Shown piece after piece: positions 1-12,700 of a DNA stretch of 46,030 nt. Under the pieces are notes generated by a model. That model saw nothing but the letters and a program-made list of their open reading frames with translations. It was not told where the DNA came from and searched no databases. A program made the position numbers and the translations under genes. The first letter of the stretch is position 1, and every line of letters starts with the position of its first letter. Source of the DNA: Trichoplax sp. H2. Taxonomy: Eukaryota. The DNA lies in assembly GCA_003344405.1 (NCBI GenBank), contig NOWV01000228.1, positions 62,001 through 108,030 on the forward strand, given 5' to 3'.

Positions 1-1321
1 AGTAACCGCGTTAGCAATTAAACTTTATGGAAGGGTAAAGTAACTTTTACCGTAGTTCATCAACAAAATTACGAAAATCATTTTAATGAAAACTCATCAT
101 ATTCAAAGCATTATCTAAATACGTTTATCGGTTAAATCACATTTTATTTAATATCATTTTTGCATGTAACAGTATTACTATGAATAGCATATTTTCTTTC
201 ATATAATCTTAATTAGCGTTAACTGGTGCAAAGTGGATAACGAATTATGATTTGCTATGAAATACGAATTACAGAAGTTGTAATAACAGATGCAGATTTG
301 CTCATTAAGAGATTAAAGTTAGCTAGATGTAAATATTCTTATCTTGATTTATTTCATAATATAAATTATTCTGATGAGAGAAGATTAATAAGGCGTTTTT
401 ACTTTATCGCGCAATAGAAAGGCTCCTTTTAGTTTCTATAAGCTTGTGACTTGTATCGCCAGCTTGTGAACAAGGAAAATATAAGACACTGTACCCCCTT
501 TTATCTTTAACAATAAAATTAGTCTTCTACGTACTCCTCGGTAACCCTCTTCTCGTAAGAACAATACTTAACAAAAATTACGACTATATAAAGAATGATA
601 AATCCGGATGCAGATAAAGTAGCCAGGTTATTAATTAATCATACGGTATACTCATTTACTAGATAAACTTTATTTTAATCAGTAAACTAAACTAGTTAAA
701 ACCTCGAATTTTTATGCTGTCATGTTTATTACTACTTCCTGTTGCTTCATATATGCTACCACTTCTATAATCAGAAATTTATGAAAGAAAATTCTAAAAA
801 TTCTAAAAATTAACTTTCATTATACAGGAATTGATAAGTAACATCGAATGCGTGCTCAGCTTATATTCATCGCAGGTTTATATAGCGAAGTTCCTCGCTC
901 TTTCCTGTAGTGCAAACATATCTTACAATGTTTTCTTTGAGGGTTCTCAATTTACCTTTGCATAACTTATGATCAATCATAATAGTACTTAATAAATCAA
1001 TAGCAGCACACATTATTATAAATCCAAAATCTTACCTCGATGCTATTTCATCAATGCATTTTTATTGTAGCAAAATTAAATTTTGGGGCATTTTTGATGA
1101 ACAACTATAGTATTATAGCCCAAACTAATGAATGAATATTAATTTCTCGTACAATTTTATAGAAATAACGAACTTCACTAACTTCATCAAAATGTCGATA
1201 TCTTAAATTAAAATTTAATATTGATAAAATGACTAAACGTTATTTCTAGCAGCAAGTTTCTTGCAAAAGGCAAATCCAAACAACAAAATTAATTTACCAC
1301 TTTTCAGTTTGGTTCATGTAT

Positions 1322-1327
1322 TTTATT
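1322..1327 (-). terminator. AATAAA polyadenylation signal of paralog 1
   Basis: AATAAA about 130 nt after the stop, preceded by GATGTGAAG as in the other paralogs. Confidence 0.65.
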
Positions 1328-1458
1328 TTTCTTCACATCATCATGCTATATGGTTATTAATCAAGTTAATACTGTCAATCAAACTATAACGGAATATTAT
1401 AGCTATACTAAATAGATAGTCTGCTTGCTTTCGATTACAACGTGATACTGCGTTACAA

Positions 1459-2186
1459 TCAAAGATTTTCTTCAATAAAAATTTCGCATCCACCGATGAC
1501 CATTTGTTCATAAGTTGATTCATCATAACTGCTGCCAGCTGGGCAGAGAGAGGGTAAAGCCAAACATTGAGCTGGAGGATTTGGAGCAGGCATACAACAT
1601 TTTTCGTCTAATCTTTCCAAATTTAACGGGGCCAATCGAGCATACATTGGATGACCAAATTTCAAAAACGAATCAGCTGAGCCACGGCCTGCAGTTAATT
1701 CTTCACAGTGCGAGAAAAGAAAATTGAAATAAGAAACAAATAAACAAGATAGCTGTTCTGTATATATTTGTATGCACTATAAATGAAAAGAGCTATAAGT
1801 AAACGCTCATTTATCAATATTTAATCTTCAGATTAATATTTTAAAGCAAAATCTGATCTAAATATTGAAATAGAATAGGTAGCACTAAAATCAACCGGTG
1901 CTACTGCAGTTAGCTAACCTGATCCAAATTTAGTATAGCGTGCTTGATTATTTTCGGTGTCCAGATCGAAATCACTAATAGAACGTCGTTTCTTAAGAGG
2001 ACAGTCGTCGAATGGAACCTGCAAATTACATTCATCCCAATACGTTAAAACTTGATTTCGTTGCGTGGAACAATCCAAGAAACTTATGGGATTTTCATTG
2101 AAGATTATGAAATCAGAAGCATCAATAACAGCAGATAATCCCAACAGGATCGCAATGACGGTTATAAATTTGAATTGGAAAGCCAT
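1459..2186 (-). CDS. Secreted 8-Cys insulin-like prepropeptide, paralog 1; join(2186..1919,1700..1459), about 169 aa
   Basis: The ORF pieces 1914..2186 and 1459..1665 join in frame through a phase-1 intron: donor TCAG|GTTAG at 1918 and acceptor AAG| at 1701 after a pyrimidine tract (an alternative in-frame CAG| lies at 1689). Product: hydrophobic signal MAFQFKFITVIAILLGLSAVIDA, C-x13-C-x8-C, KKRR, connecting peptide, YAR, CC-x9-C-x6-C-x18-C, ending EENL-stop. The gene model is confident; the insulin-family assignment is an inference. Confidence 0.85.
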
Positions 2187-2468
2187 TTCTCTATCTAAAA
2201 TAATTAAAATGTGTACACTGAATTAATGGAAGTACTAGTGATTGGTATTTACGCAGTACAAACATTCTTAAACTATTCCTCAACATCAATATACACATAT
2301 AGCTAAGACTGTTACTCCAAAAAAATCAAAATAATAGCAATTCTCAATCGTAATTTAAAACAGATACATTGATTAGATCAAGTAATGCGTCCAAATTATA
2401 TGTCTATCATTAGTCTGCTTCATAACCAACAAATTAAACTATAGAATACAAGGCAATAAATTATTTAC

Positions 2469-2584
2469 CTGCAGTAGTGAATTCTTAGGCCAAAAAATGA
2501 TCAGCTTGCAAACTTGGTTAATAAACTATAGCCTGGCTTAGGTATTATTATCCTTCGAATCGCCAACAACCTCGCATTTAAATA
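2469..2584 (-). promoter_or_regulatory. Paralog 1 TATA-like box (TATTTAAA 2584..2577) and non-coding exon 1
   Basis: Donor CAG|GTAAAT at 2468 and acceptor TTTTAG| at 2195, 8 nt before the ATG; the same layout occurs in all four paralogs. Confidence 0.65.
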
Positions 2585-2752
2585 CTATTTGGTAAAACTA
2601 TGTAAACAAGATGACGTGGTCATAAAAGCAAATACTCTTTTAACTAATCAAGATATGCGTTTGGTGTTAATTATTGTATTTTAGTATTTATAGATAGATG
2701 TATTTAGTAGATAAATACAATAGTTTCAAGCCTAATTAATTGATTGATTTAG

Positions 2753-2763
2753 TAACAGGTGCA
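2753..2763. promoter_or_regulatory. Conserved E-box TAACAGGTGCA (paralog 1)
   Basis: Identical 11-mer upstream of all four paralogs. Confidence 0.7.
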
Positions 2764-5655
2764 TCAGGCTTGTAAAAAAATTGATCTGTGAAATGATATA
2801 CTTTTCATTTCCTCCTTAATTTGTTATCGTTTAAAGCATAAAAAATTAATCATGTTGTCGTCAGGTATAAAAAATTGGAAAATTTGGGGTTTATTAATAT
2901 TTTATCCTATTTTAATTTCAGTATTATTAACTCATATAACATAGTAGCATCGTTTATTTAAATTTTTAGCCTTAATTTACGACAATACTTAATAATAACA
3001 TCTGCATAATAAGTTAGCGATTTTAGAATATCCATATTTGATGAGGCTTAATATATCTTAGAGAAGTTGTATATTGTAAGTGCCGAGCATTACCAGTATT
3101 CTAAATAAAGCTATTTACGCTGTATTATTACCTCTATTTTAAATTTTAGCTTTGTCATCTGCAGAATATCGACAACGTGAACATTCTCCAGATATTGCAA
3201 CTAAAGGAAGGCCATAATTAAGCTTGATTCAATGAGATTTGTACTACATAATAATCTATAAGTGGTTAACTACATACAATTTCCGTATTTCATAGCATAA
3301 ACATTGCTGTTCATCTTGGCTATAAATTTTAATTAATTTGCCGCTCATTTACCACAACTAAATATTATTGGATAGGAACAGAGCAGCATTGTTATAGAAA
3401 AAAATACCATCTTAACAGAGAGTATGGTTAATCAGTGTTACTACTTATAACGATTAACGTAATCATTATAACGATATTTCCTATCTTTACCTTATTTCTA
3501 CTGATTTCTATTTTTACAACAAGTATACTTCTTGTATCTGGCTTTCTTTAATAATTGATTGTAAAATTTAGTAAGCTAAGTTTTGTACATTGCAATAATT
3601 TGAGTTGGATAATATTGCCTAAAGAAATTATCATAAGGAAATATAATTTATGGGCCACTAAAATATATTTATTATTAATGTAGGAGTTAGTAGTATAACC
3701 CTTTCCTTCTACTTAATTGAATTACTAAGCAATATACTAACGATGAATATGTTATAAATGTTCATTCAATGGTCTCATAATTGTCATGGTATTTAATGAA
3801 TATGATTCACTTCGATTGCTATTGATGTAGCAATATAATTGAAATGTTTTTAAATAGTTTTAAAAGAATCATCAACAGATACTTTTACGAAGCTGAGATT
3901 CATTCATTTAATCACGACCATTTCGTACATGATTAATTTAAAACGTATTAAATTATCAATTTTTTTATATCCACACAGGTGCTCTTTAGTCACTGTACTG
4001 CTACTGAATTTTATCAGCTAAATATACAGGCTGGCGTTAATTTTCGATATTAATCTATAGCAAATCTAATGCTACTGATGTTAACAAAGTGTCATATCAT
4101 GAATTGCATGAAAATTACCTTTACAACTGTAAGTAGCATTCGATCAACATCAATATAAAGTCTACAGATTGGCATATATCAATTTTAGTACTATACTCGT
4201 AAGATACATATTAATTCGATTTTAAAAGCTGGCGTAATACCTATTGCTAATTAAGTCATATGGAATCATTATCTTGTTTAATACTTATAGGTCATAGATT
4301 CTTTTAATGCATACAGATTATTGAAAATTCTGTATTTTAATGGTATATTATTAATAATTATACATCTATTCAACTGTAATTTTCGTGTCTGTTACTTGTA
4401 AGTTGAATAATTTAGTGCATTTACGTGTTGAGTTAACTAGAACAGAATAATTCCTCATTAAAATGTTAATGATAAATTACGATATCTGATTTATACTAGT
4501 AAGATCTTGGACTGATGTAAATAAACAATTTAACCTCATAGCAACAAGTTCATTGATCAGAATCAATATCAAGAAAATAAATTCGACGACTTTTTCCTTT
4601 TAAAATTTAAACAGAATACGTGGCCTTTACAGAAAAATAACTTTCACTCCCAATCATAAAACGAACATATCTTTATTTTTGGTACAAATTAACTGGATAT
4701 TTAAATATCGTGACGCTAGCACTAAGAATAGTCCAAAATACAAAACCTGTAAATAAGTATTCCATTATCCAATAACTATGGCTATTGATTTAGCATAATA
4801 TTGGTCCAGTAATGTTTATCAAAAGGAGCTAACAGCATGATTAGGATAAGGATAGTCTATTTAATCTAGTCAGAGTAAATAAAGAGGTCAAGAGTCAGTT
4901 CATTTATTAGTAGAAAAAATTTAAAAATCTTAACAATTCATTTACGAATGTTTCTCAGTCATTGAAGTATAGAATCAATTCATAGATTCCAAGACATTAA
5001 TTACTATCTCATCATAAATGCGCAACCCCTTCAATCCTACACTAAACATACTCATAAAAGGTCGAAAGTCAATTTTAGTTAAATAAATAGATAATTTATT
5101 ATCTTCGCTAAGTTATAAACTGTTGTATTTAACTAATTACACGGCTAAGTATGGTCTTGGGCTTAAAGCAGATTAATCAATTGATATTTGATGATTTTTA
5201 AGCAATAAGTCAAGTATATCATCTGGCAGTAAATTCAAATTAAAGAATAGACAAGGGATCAAATATAATTAAAGCTTTTATCAAGATTGTACCATGGTAT
5301 TCCAAGATTAGCCAGTAATAAAATCTATAGCTCCTGACAGAAAGAGTTCATTGATATTTGATCATAGAATTACAAAATACTAAATATCTGATAGAGCCAT
5401 AATAGACTGTTTTCAAGAACTGGTACTGGTAAGCAATACGTTTGTATTAGTATACTTTCATTTAAGGAAAGCCGGCCAACGGACTGGTATAATAAATATG
5501 TATCAATATTTATTAAAATTTTCAAAATGATAATCAATAGGGAGATTAAGTTTACTGATTATAATATGGATATATCTATCTATTTTTAGTATTATAATCA
5601 AGAAACTTCCTCTGAGATTAGTTCTATCACCTTGAATTCCAATAATAGCTTTAAG

Positions 5656-6568
5656 ATTACTTAAGATGTATTGTTGAATAATACAAGTGCAGGAGATCTC
5701 AATGAGTCAATGTTACCTTTATCAACCAGATAGCTGTTGCATATTTCCTAGAAATTATATAATAGCATAAATAGAATGAACTTATCTATACATTCTAATA
5801 ACGAAATAGTAAAATAATGGCATAAAATTGTAAGCACGCGATACCTGATCAAGATACAAGAAATGTCAGTATATTTGCGCAGACATTAAGTTATTGCAGA
5901 GGTTTTAAACTGATCTATTAAGTGAAATTGATTTCATTTATTGATAGTTAATAACGAGTATTGATTTAGTGGCAAATTTATCTAATAAAAAACTGAGTCT
6001 TAACAATAAGAATAATCAATGATACGACTTTTCTGTATAATTATTGCAACCAACTGATTCATTTAATCTNNNNNNNNNNNNNNNNNNNNATTACTTAAGA
6101 TGTATTGTTGAATAATACAAGTGCAGGAGATCTCAATGAGTCAATGTTACCTTTATCAACCAGATAGCTGTTGCATATTTCCTAGAAATTATATAATAGC
6201 ATAAATAGAATGAACTTATCTATACATTCTAATAACGAAATAGTAAAATAATGGCATAAAATTGTAAACACGCGATACCTGATCAAGATACAAGAAATGT
6301 CAGTATATTTGCGCAGACATTAAGTTATTGCAGAGGTTTTAAACTGATCTATTGATAGGCTTTAAATACTGCAAAAGTAGTTAAAGAAAAATAGTAATAA
6401 AGAACTACTACTTGATACAAGTGAAATTGATTTCATTTATTGATAGTTAATAACGAGTATTGATTTAGTGGCAAATTTATCTAATAAAAAACTGAGTCTT
6501 AACAATAAGAATAATCAATGATACGACTTTTCTATATAATTATTGCAACCAACTGATTCATTTAATCT
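5656..6568. other. 20-N assembly gap (6070-6089) flanked by near-identical copies 5656-6069 and 6090-6568
   Basis: The copies differ by about 2 substitutions and a 65-nt indel and abut the gap directly, typical of two haplotypes left uncollapsed. Confidence 0.85.
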
Positions 6569-8650
6569 TTGAAATAAACACTATTTCTATGTAGCTATAC
6601 ATTATGCATATTCTGAGCCTTAGCAAACCATTCTACGGAAGAAAAATTTGTCTAGTAAAGCAAAATTTGCAAATAACTAAAATTATAGTCACATCTGTTA
6701 GATCTCACGTTATCACATTGCGAGTGTAATAAATCAACTATCGCAATCATGAATTCGGTTAATCTACAAATGTCAAGGGATATCAGATCGGGACCACACA
6801 TGCTTCTCAGAGTAAGAAATGATAACGACTACGTTAATAATATGTGATAAGAGGACTGTTTCAAGTATACTGTATAGTTCTTGGCATTCATGAGCAGAAT
6901 GCAAGCGTGGATTTAACGATAGCTAATGGATTCGACTACAATATAGACATAACCTCCATAAAAAGAATTTACCTTAAACAGTATCGAGAACTAAGTTAAA
7001 GTCAAGTAAATGTAGTGCATGAATACATATCACAATAATTTATAACCATTCAGAGCTAAATTTATGAAATATAACATATAAATAGCCAGGTTAACTTTTA
7101 CCAAATTTCTGAGGGATAATTAAGTATTAGATACGCATGAAGTCAGTACTAAAAAAATATTGTACTTATTTTAGTTGTAATACTTCATTAAAAACACGAG
7201 TTACCAATTGCCTTTCCTTTTACTTAGAGAAGGGGCGTTTGATAGCTTTTATAAATTCAAATTTATTTATGACGGTGACAAAGCCCATCATTAAAGGTCT
7301 TGTATATCAAGTTAATGTTGTACTAACTGTTGAAGAAAAACTTTTCTATAACTGTTGTAACAAATTTTACATAATATAACTTATCTAAAAATGTGCTGGG
7401 ACTAATTTATCTATGACATTTTACGTATTTTTAATAGATAATTACATATCTGTATAATATTACTTTATTTATAAAACGCTATCGATAGAAAGCGATTTTC
7501 ACATCCGATCAACGATAATCTTTACATCCGATTCATATATAAAAAGCTTCTTGAATTTAATAAATACTCAACAGTTACATAGAAATTTTATTTTTCGTTA
7601 TAGAGTACGTCTCCTCAACTGAATTTTTTTAACATTAATTTATTAATTCTAGTATGCACTTCTAAATATATCAGTCAACATAGCTTGTTAATGTAGATTT
7701 TGCTTATAGGATAATTGCCGTTGTGACTAAAAAAAGCCTAGTGATTTACAAACGCCGTATCTGGAAATACATGAGTACAATTAGCCGACTATAAATTAAA
7801 ATTTTTACATCCAACGGATTTATCTAGTAAACTAATCTATTAATATTCAAAATTTCAAATTAAATGCAGTGGCCTTCATCGGTCTTATACAAAAATATGT
7901 CTTCTTTTAGCTTATAGAACAATGCTAAATATATGATGTTAAACATGCTACAGCCTACACTATTAGCATAGTATTTTATGAAATCAAAATTGTACTTGCG
8001 GGTTTATGTAAAATGTCTTATGACCACTTATTGGAACAATTCTGATCATAAATAAAATAGATCCTTAGCCTTGGCTTTACCAATTTGCATGGAATATCTT
8101 AGCAAAACTGATCGGAGGGTAATATGCTACTTACTATTAGCTAACTGAGTACAGAGTATTCTTCATAGATTGACCCCAATAGAGGCATATTACCATCTTG
8201 CATGCTTTCTTGTACTGATACGATATCAGATATCACTTTGGATGAAAAATTTCAATTTTCTTACCTAATTTTACCTAAAAAATGATTCATAACTAGATTG
8301 CTGCATATAATTCAGCAGCACTTTGTAAATAGTGACTTTAGTTATATTTTCGTAGCTTTAGAGTTATGACGGAGATTAAGAATCAAATTTTGATTGAGAT
8401 CGCCTAATTACGTAATTCAATGAATACTTGATTACGGCAGACAAGACGCTGAAATGAGCATATTCTGCAGTAGACTCGCTGCATTTAGCTGCACAACTCT
8501 GAGTTATGGTAGTATTAAGTAGTTTATCGCACTTGAGGATTGTGAAAAGATCTCAGAATTAATATAATTATTCGTATTATTACAATTAGATACTCGCTAA
8601 CATGTTGATACGGGGTCGAGAATACCCAGCTGTTTTTGATTTTTGCACCA

Positions 8651-9098
8651 TCCTATCATTTTCAAAGTTGGTATACATACAGTTATTATTGCAGCTATCT
8701 TTAACTAAATCTTTGCAGAAAGTAACACTGCTTATTTGTCTAATATGTCCACAAGGTATCTAACAATATCAATTCATATGCAAGAACTATTTTGATCGTA
8801 ACTATATCGTATCATTTTCAAATTCGATGCGCATACAGTAAGCATAGAAACTAGCTTGATATAAATCCTTTAGAAAGAAACACTGCTTATAAGTGTCTAC
8901 CATTTCCACAATTTAGCTACCAATATCAATTTATATTTGATAACGGCTTATGATCGCAACACTATCCTATCATTTTCGAATTTTATGCGCATACAGTAAT
9001 TACATCAGCTTGCTTCAAGTAAATCGTTGAGGAAATTAACACTGATTATTACCATCTACTATTTCTATAAGTAATTTACCAATATCAATTTATATTTA
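8651..9098. repeat. Degenerate tandem repeat, about 3 units of about 157 bp
   Basis: TC(C/G)TATCATTTTC starts at 8651, 8807 and 8965; CATACAGT, AACACTG(C/A)TTAT and CAATATCAATT recur at the same period. Confidence 0.8.
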
Positions 9099-9269
9099 CA
9101 AACATTTCTATACGTACAAATAATGATAATCTCAGCGATATTCATAATCTAGGCAAAATATTATCGATCTTTAAATATCGATTAAAATCATATTGACTTC
9201 TTTTTACCGATTATTTCCTAATCGATTTATCTCTACCAATTTCGTACGCTTAGCTGGGAATTACCGTTA

Positions 9270-9720
9270 ATAAATTAAGCTGTGAATTCCTTAGCATTAT
9301 CTGCAATAGTAAATTCTTGTTTCCGAACAAAAATAAACTCCTTGCAAAACTAGGCAAAAAATCGCAGCTTTGGGGCTTTAGCAATCCAGTCCCTCAAATC
9401 ATTAAAAATCTACCAATTCTATGGCATTTACTGATTCTATGTAAACAATCGATATGAAATTTTAAGCTAACAATGTATTCAAATAATTTAAGCAATACTG
9501 CTGGTATCTCAATTCGCTTATATTTATGTATCTTTATGTGTGCAATTGCGAAATAGTTTCAAATTGATTATTTGATTATTTGAGACAAGGATTTTCAGTA
9601 ACAGATGCATGATTTACATTAAAATATCTGATCCGTATAGATCTTGCTACTTTTATTTCCTCCTTAATTTTTAATCATTTTAAAGCATAAAATATTAATC
9701 TCGGTGCTATAAATATAAAA
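9270..9720 (-). pseudogene. Orphan decayed copy of the paralog-1 promoter plus non-coding exon 1
   Basis: Collinear blocks at an offset of about 6.84 kb from 2430-2870: CTGCA(G/A)TAGT(G/A)AATTCTT, CTATGTAAACAA, AATAGTTTCAA, AGTAACAG(G/A)TGCAT and ATTTCCTCCTTAATTT..TTTAAAGCATAAAA. The donor and TATA are degraded and no coding exon was seen downstream. Confidence 0.7.
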
Positions 9721-12700
9721 TCTTTAAAAAATAATTCTGAAAAAAAATTTTTGCTAATATGGCTTCGACTTTTATTAGCATCACATCGCAGATACCGTAA
9801 ATCATGCAACCCTACAACTGTCTATGAAATAGCAGTTAAGCTCTACCATTCTAATTTTATACCGGCATTACAGTAGATTTACTTGGTTAACATTAACAAA
9901 TTTTGAGAAGTCCAGAATTACTATATTTTTAACACGGCGGTAATTCTGAAAAAACACTGAGTGCTATTAATAAGTAAAGATATAAATGTCGTTTCGGTTA
10001 TTTTAAAAATCTATTCATCAATTATGGTGTACAGCAAAGGTCAAATCCTTTATCAATTATCGTGATTCTATATTATAAAACATAAAATATTCGCTATTCA
10101 TTCAATAGAATTTCTATTTTAATACAGAAATCCAATTATTACCGATGCCGATAATTGAAAACATATTTCACTTTATATCTAATAAGCATTTCATCTCCCT
10201 ACAGAAAACTTGAAATTTGCAATTAATCGTTGTTCATGATAAAGCATTATTAGGTAGATATGAAAATATGATACACAAAAACAACATCAGTATTTTTAGA
10301 TTTTATATTCAAGCAATAACATAATGACTAATCTATGTCAGACAGTTTTCAACAGTGATCTGGCCATTTAAATGTGCATACATTGGCAAAACCTAGTAAT
10401 AAGACATTTTCCTGTCGATTTTCTTTAAGAGTATAGACCAGTAGATGATTACCTGAAGTTATTAAGTCTAAAATCCTAAACTGATTTAATAGTTGGGATA
10501 AAATAATCAGCACAATTGCGGTAGCTATGCATAGCTCTATAATAAATAATAATAATTTTTTCCGTATTTTTCTACAACCTCTAGATTGTATATATAGTTG
10601 CGGTGATATAATTAATAAAACTTATCAGCCTGCAACATTTAGTTTCTATATTGGATAAATGATCTTTCGTGAGACTCATTTTACAATACTGTATTAATTG
10701 TTATAACTATTTAGAATATGCCCATTTTTACCGTTTAAGCACATATGTGAATCATATTTGATCGTGATGAAAACTGATTTTGACTTCCATTAATCAATCC
10801 TGCATAAATAAATAACTTTGAATATTCTTTGTCTAAATTGAATGAAGCATTTGCCAGTACTAATGAGATACTTAATCAGCAAGTATGAATTTGATTATAT
10901 TATCAGTGTCTGATGGTATTTACTACCTGCAATAACAATAAAGCAACTATCCTGCTACAATTTTAATAATCTTATAAAAGTAAATCTATTGAAGATCGTA
11001 AAAATCAATTACAATTAAAAAAATCAATGTGATTATAATATTTTCTACATATGCACCGCAGATGATACGTTACGGTACGTTATCAAATTAAAAACTAGTT
11101 AGAAAATATTTTTCATCATTAATAACTGAAATATGATCATGATTTTACTATAGGTTCCTTCAAGTCACGTAAGAACAGTTTTTTTTTTTAATTTGTAAGC
11201 ATTCCAATTTCATCCTTGTCGCTCTTTATCGTTAATATAGACTTAATTTATTGCTCAATCCAAGATTATCCAAAGGCCCGGATTAAATCTATAGTATAGA
11301 ATCTCGCATGTCAAAAGTAAGAAATCGGTTATAACTCCCATCTTGCTTCATTTATTTTCGAAAATTTAATCTACAATATTGGAGAGGAGGGATTAGTAAA
11401 CTTTTTATCAATAAATTCAAAAACTGTATTTACACGAGCTTCGATTTCACCCTATTCTTTTTTCACTATAGCGCTGACTATTATTAACATATAAAATTTA
11501 AAAAGTAATCCATTAGCTCTTATAGTAAGAAACAAATTTCTTCGTTTCATTGCCCTTGTTAATTGCTAAGAAATAATTATTGTTGCTCTGTTATCAAACT
11601 AAACGTTAATCGTCTATAGTTAAAATGACCTATGATCTCTAGACTATGATTTTAATACTTAGAAAGAAAGAAAGAACTGCTAATAATTATAAACTGTCGA
11701 AGTTTAACATCATAAAACCCGTATTGTAATATTGTAATAATTGTAAAGACAAAACAAAATACGTGCACGTGTTGCTATAATAAGATGAAATGATTAGGCT
11801 CCAGATGAAAATGATATAACTGATTAAGGATATTAAAGGATATTAGTCATCTACTACAGTGAGATCATGCGATATCTAATTTTAATCGCTAAACAATTAA
11901 AAAATTCCTTACACGAAAACTATGCAATGAAATCAATTTATTGGTGAAAATAAATTATTTGTTAATTCCGTCCTCGATCAAATTGAGGTAATGCAACGTA
12001 ATATAAATATTATGTAATCCTAATAACACAGCCTTTCTTAAAAAGGTCATCGTATCATTTCATAAACATTGTCTGGTTTTATTATGAATCATATAAGGAT
12101 AGCCAGATATGATTATTTCTCGCACATATCTTGAGCTAATTAGATACGCAGAAGATGTAAACACATAACTGTATGGCATAGCAATTCAGAAACTGAACTT
12201 CGTCAACCATCAACGTTTTCATGTTACTTAGCCTCTTGATTATCTGATAATTTCATGGAGTAAAAGTCATACTTTACTTACTACTTAGTCTAATACTTAC
12301 AGACAAGAATTAATTGTGTGTTTTTGATCTTTATCAGAATCTGTAAATTGTAAATAATAATTAGTCATTTTTTCTTTTATCATAAAACAATAAATTGCTA
12401 TAGTATCCCTTTAAAAATTAAAAATTGCCCGTGATATGATTATTGATTTTTTAATGTACTCAATTCTGCATAAAATAAAAGGTAATGATCTAAAGTAATA
12501 CCGTAACTCGAATAGAATGTCCAGCTACATCAGCATATTACCGTAAGCGTAATCCATACTGTACCGTAATTAAGAATAATGGTTATTTTAGATTTTAGGT
12601 TCAACTTTAACAGCTCTGATGTTATTATAACCATTATATCCTAAAGGAAATTATAGTACAACTCCCTTCACATAGTTACGGCACTTTAGTCATCACGATT

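Noticed and set aside
1320..1461. Selenocysteine read-through or SECIS (TGA stop plus conserved 3'UTR)
   Set aside because: The TGA in paralog 1 aligns with TAA in paralogs 2 and 3, there are no internal TGA codons and no convincing SECIS stem.
8651..9098. Decayed ankyrin-like coding repeat (IDIVRYLVD / IDIGKLLIE on the minus strand)
   Set aside because: The minus-strand frames have multiple stops and the period is not consistently a multiple of 3; the resemblance is too short to support.
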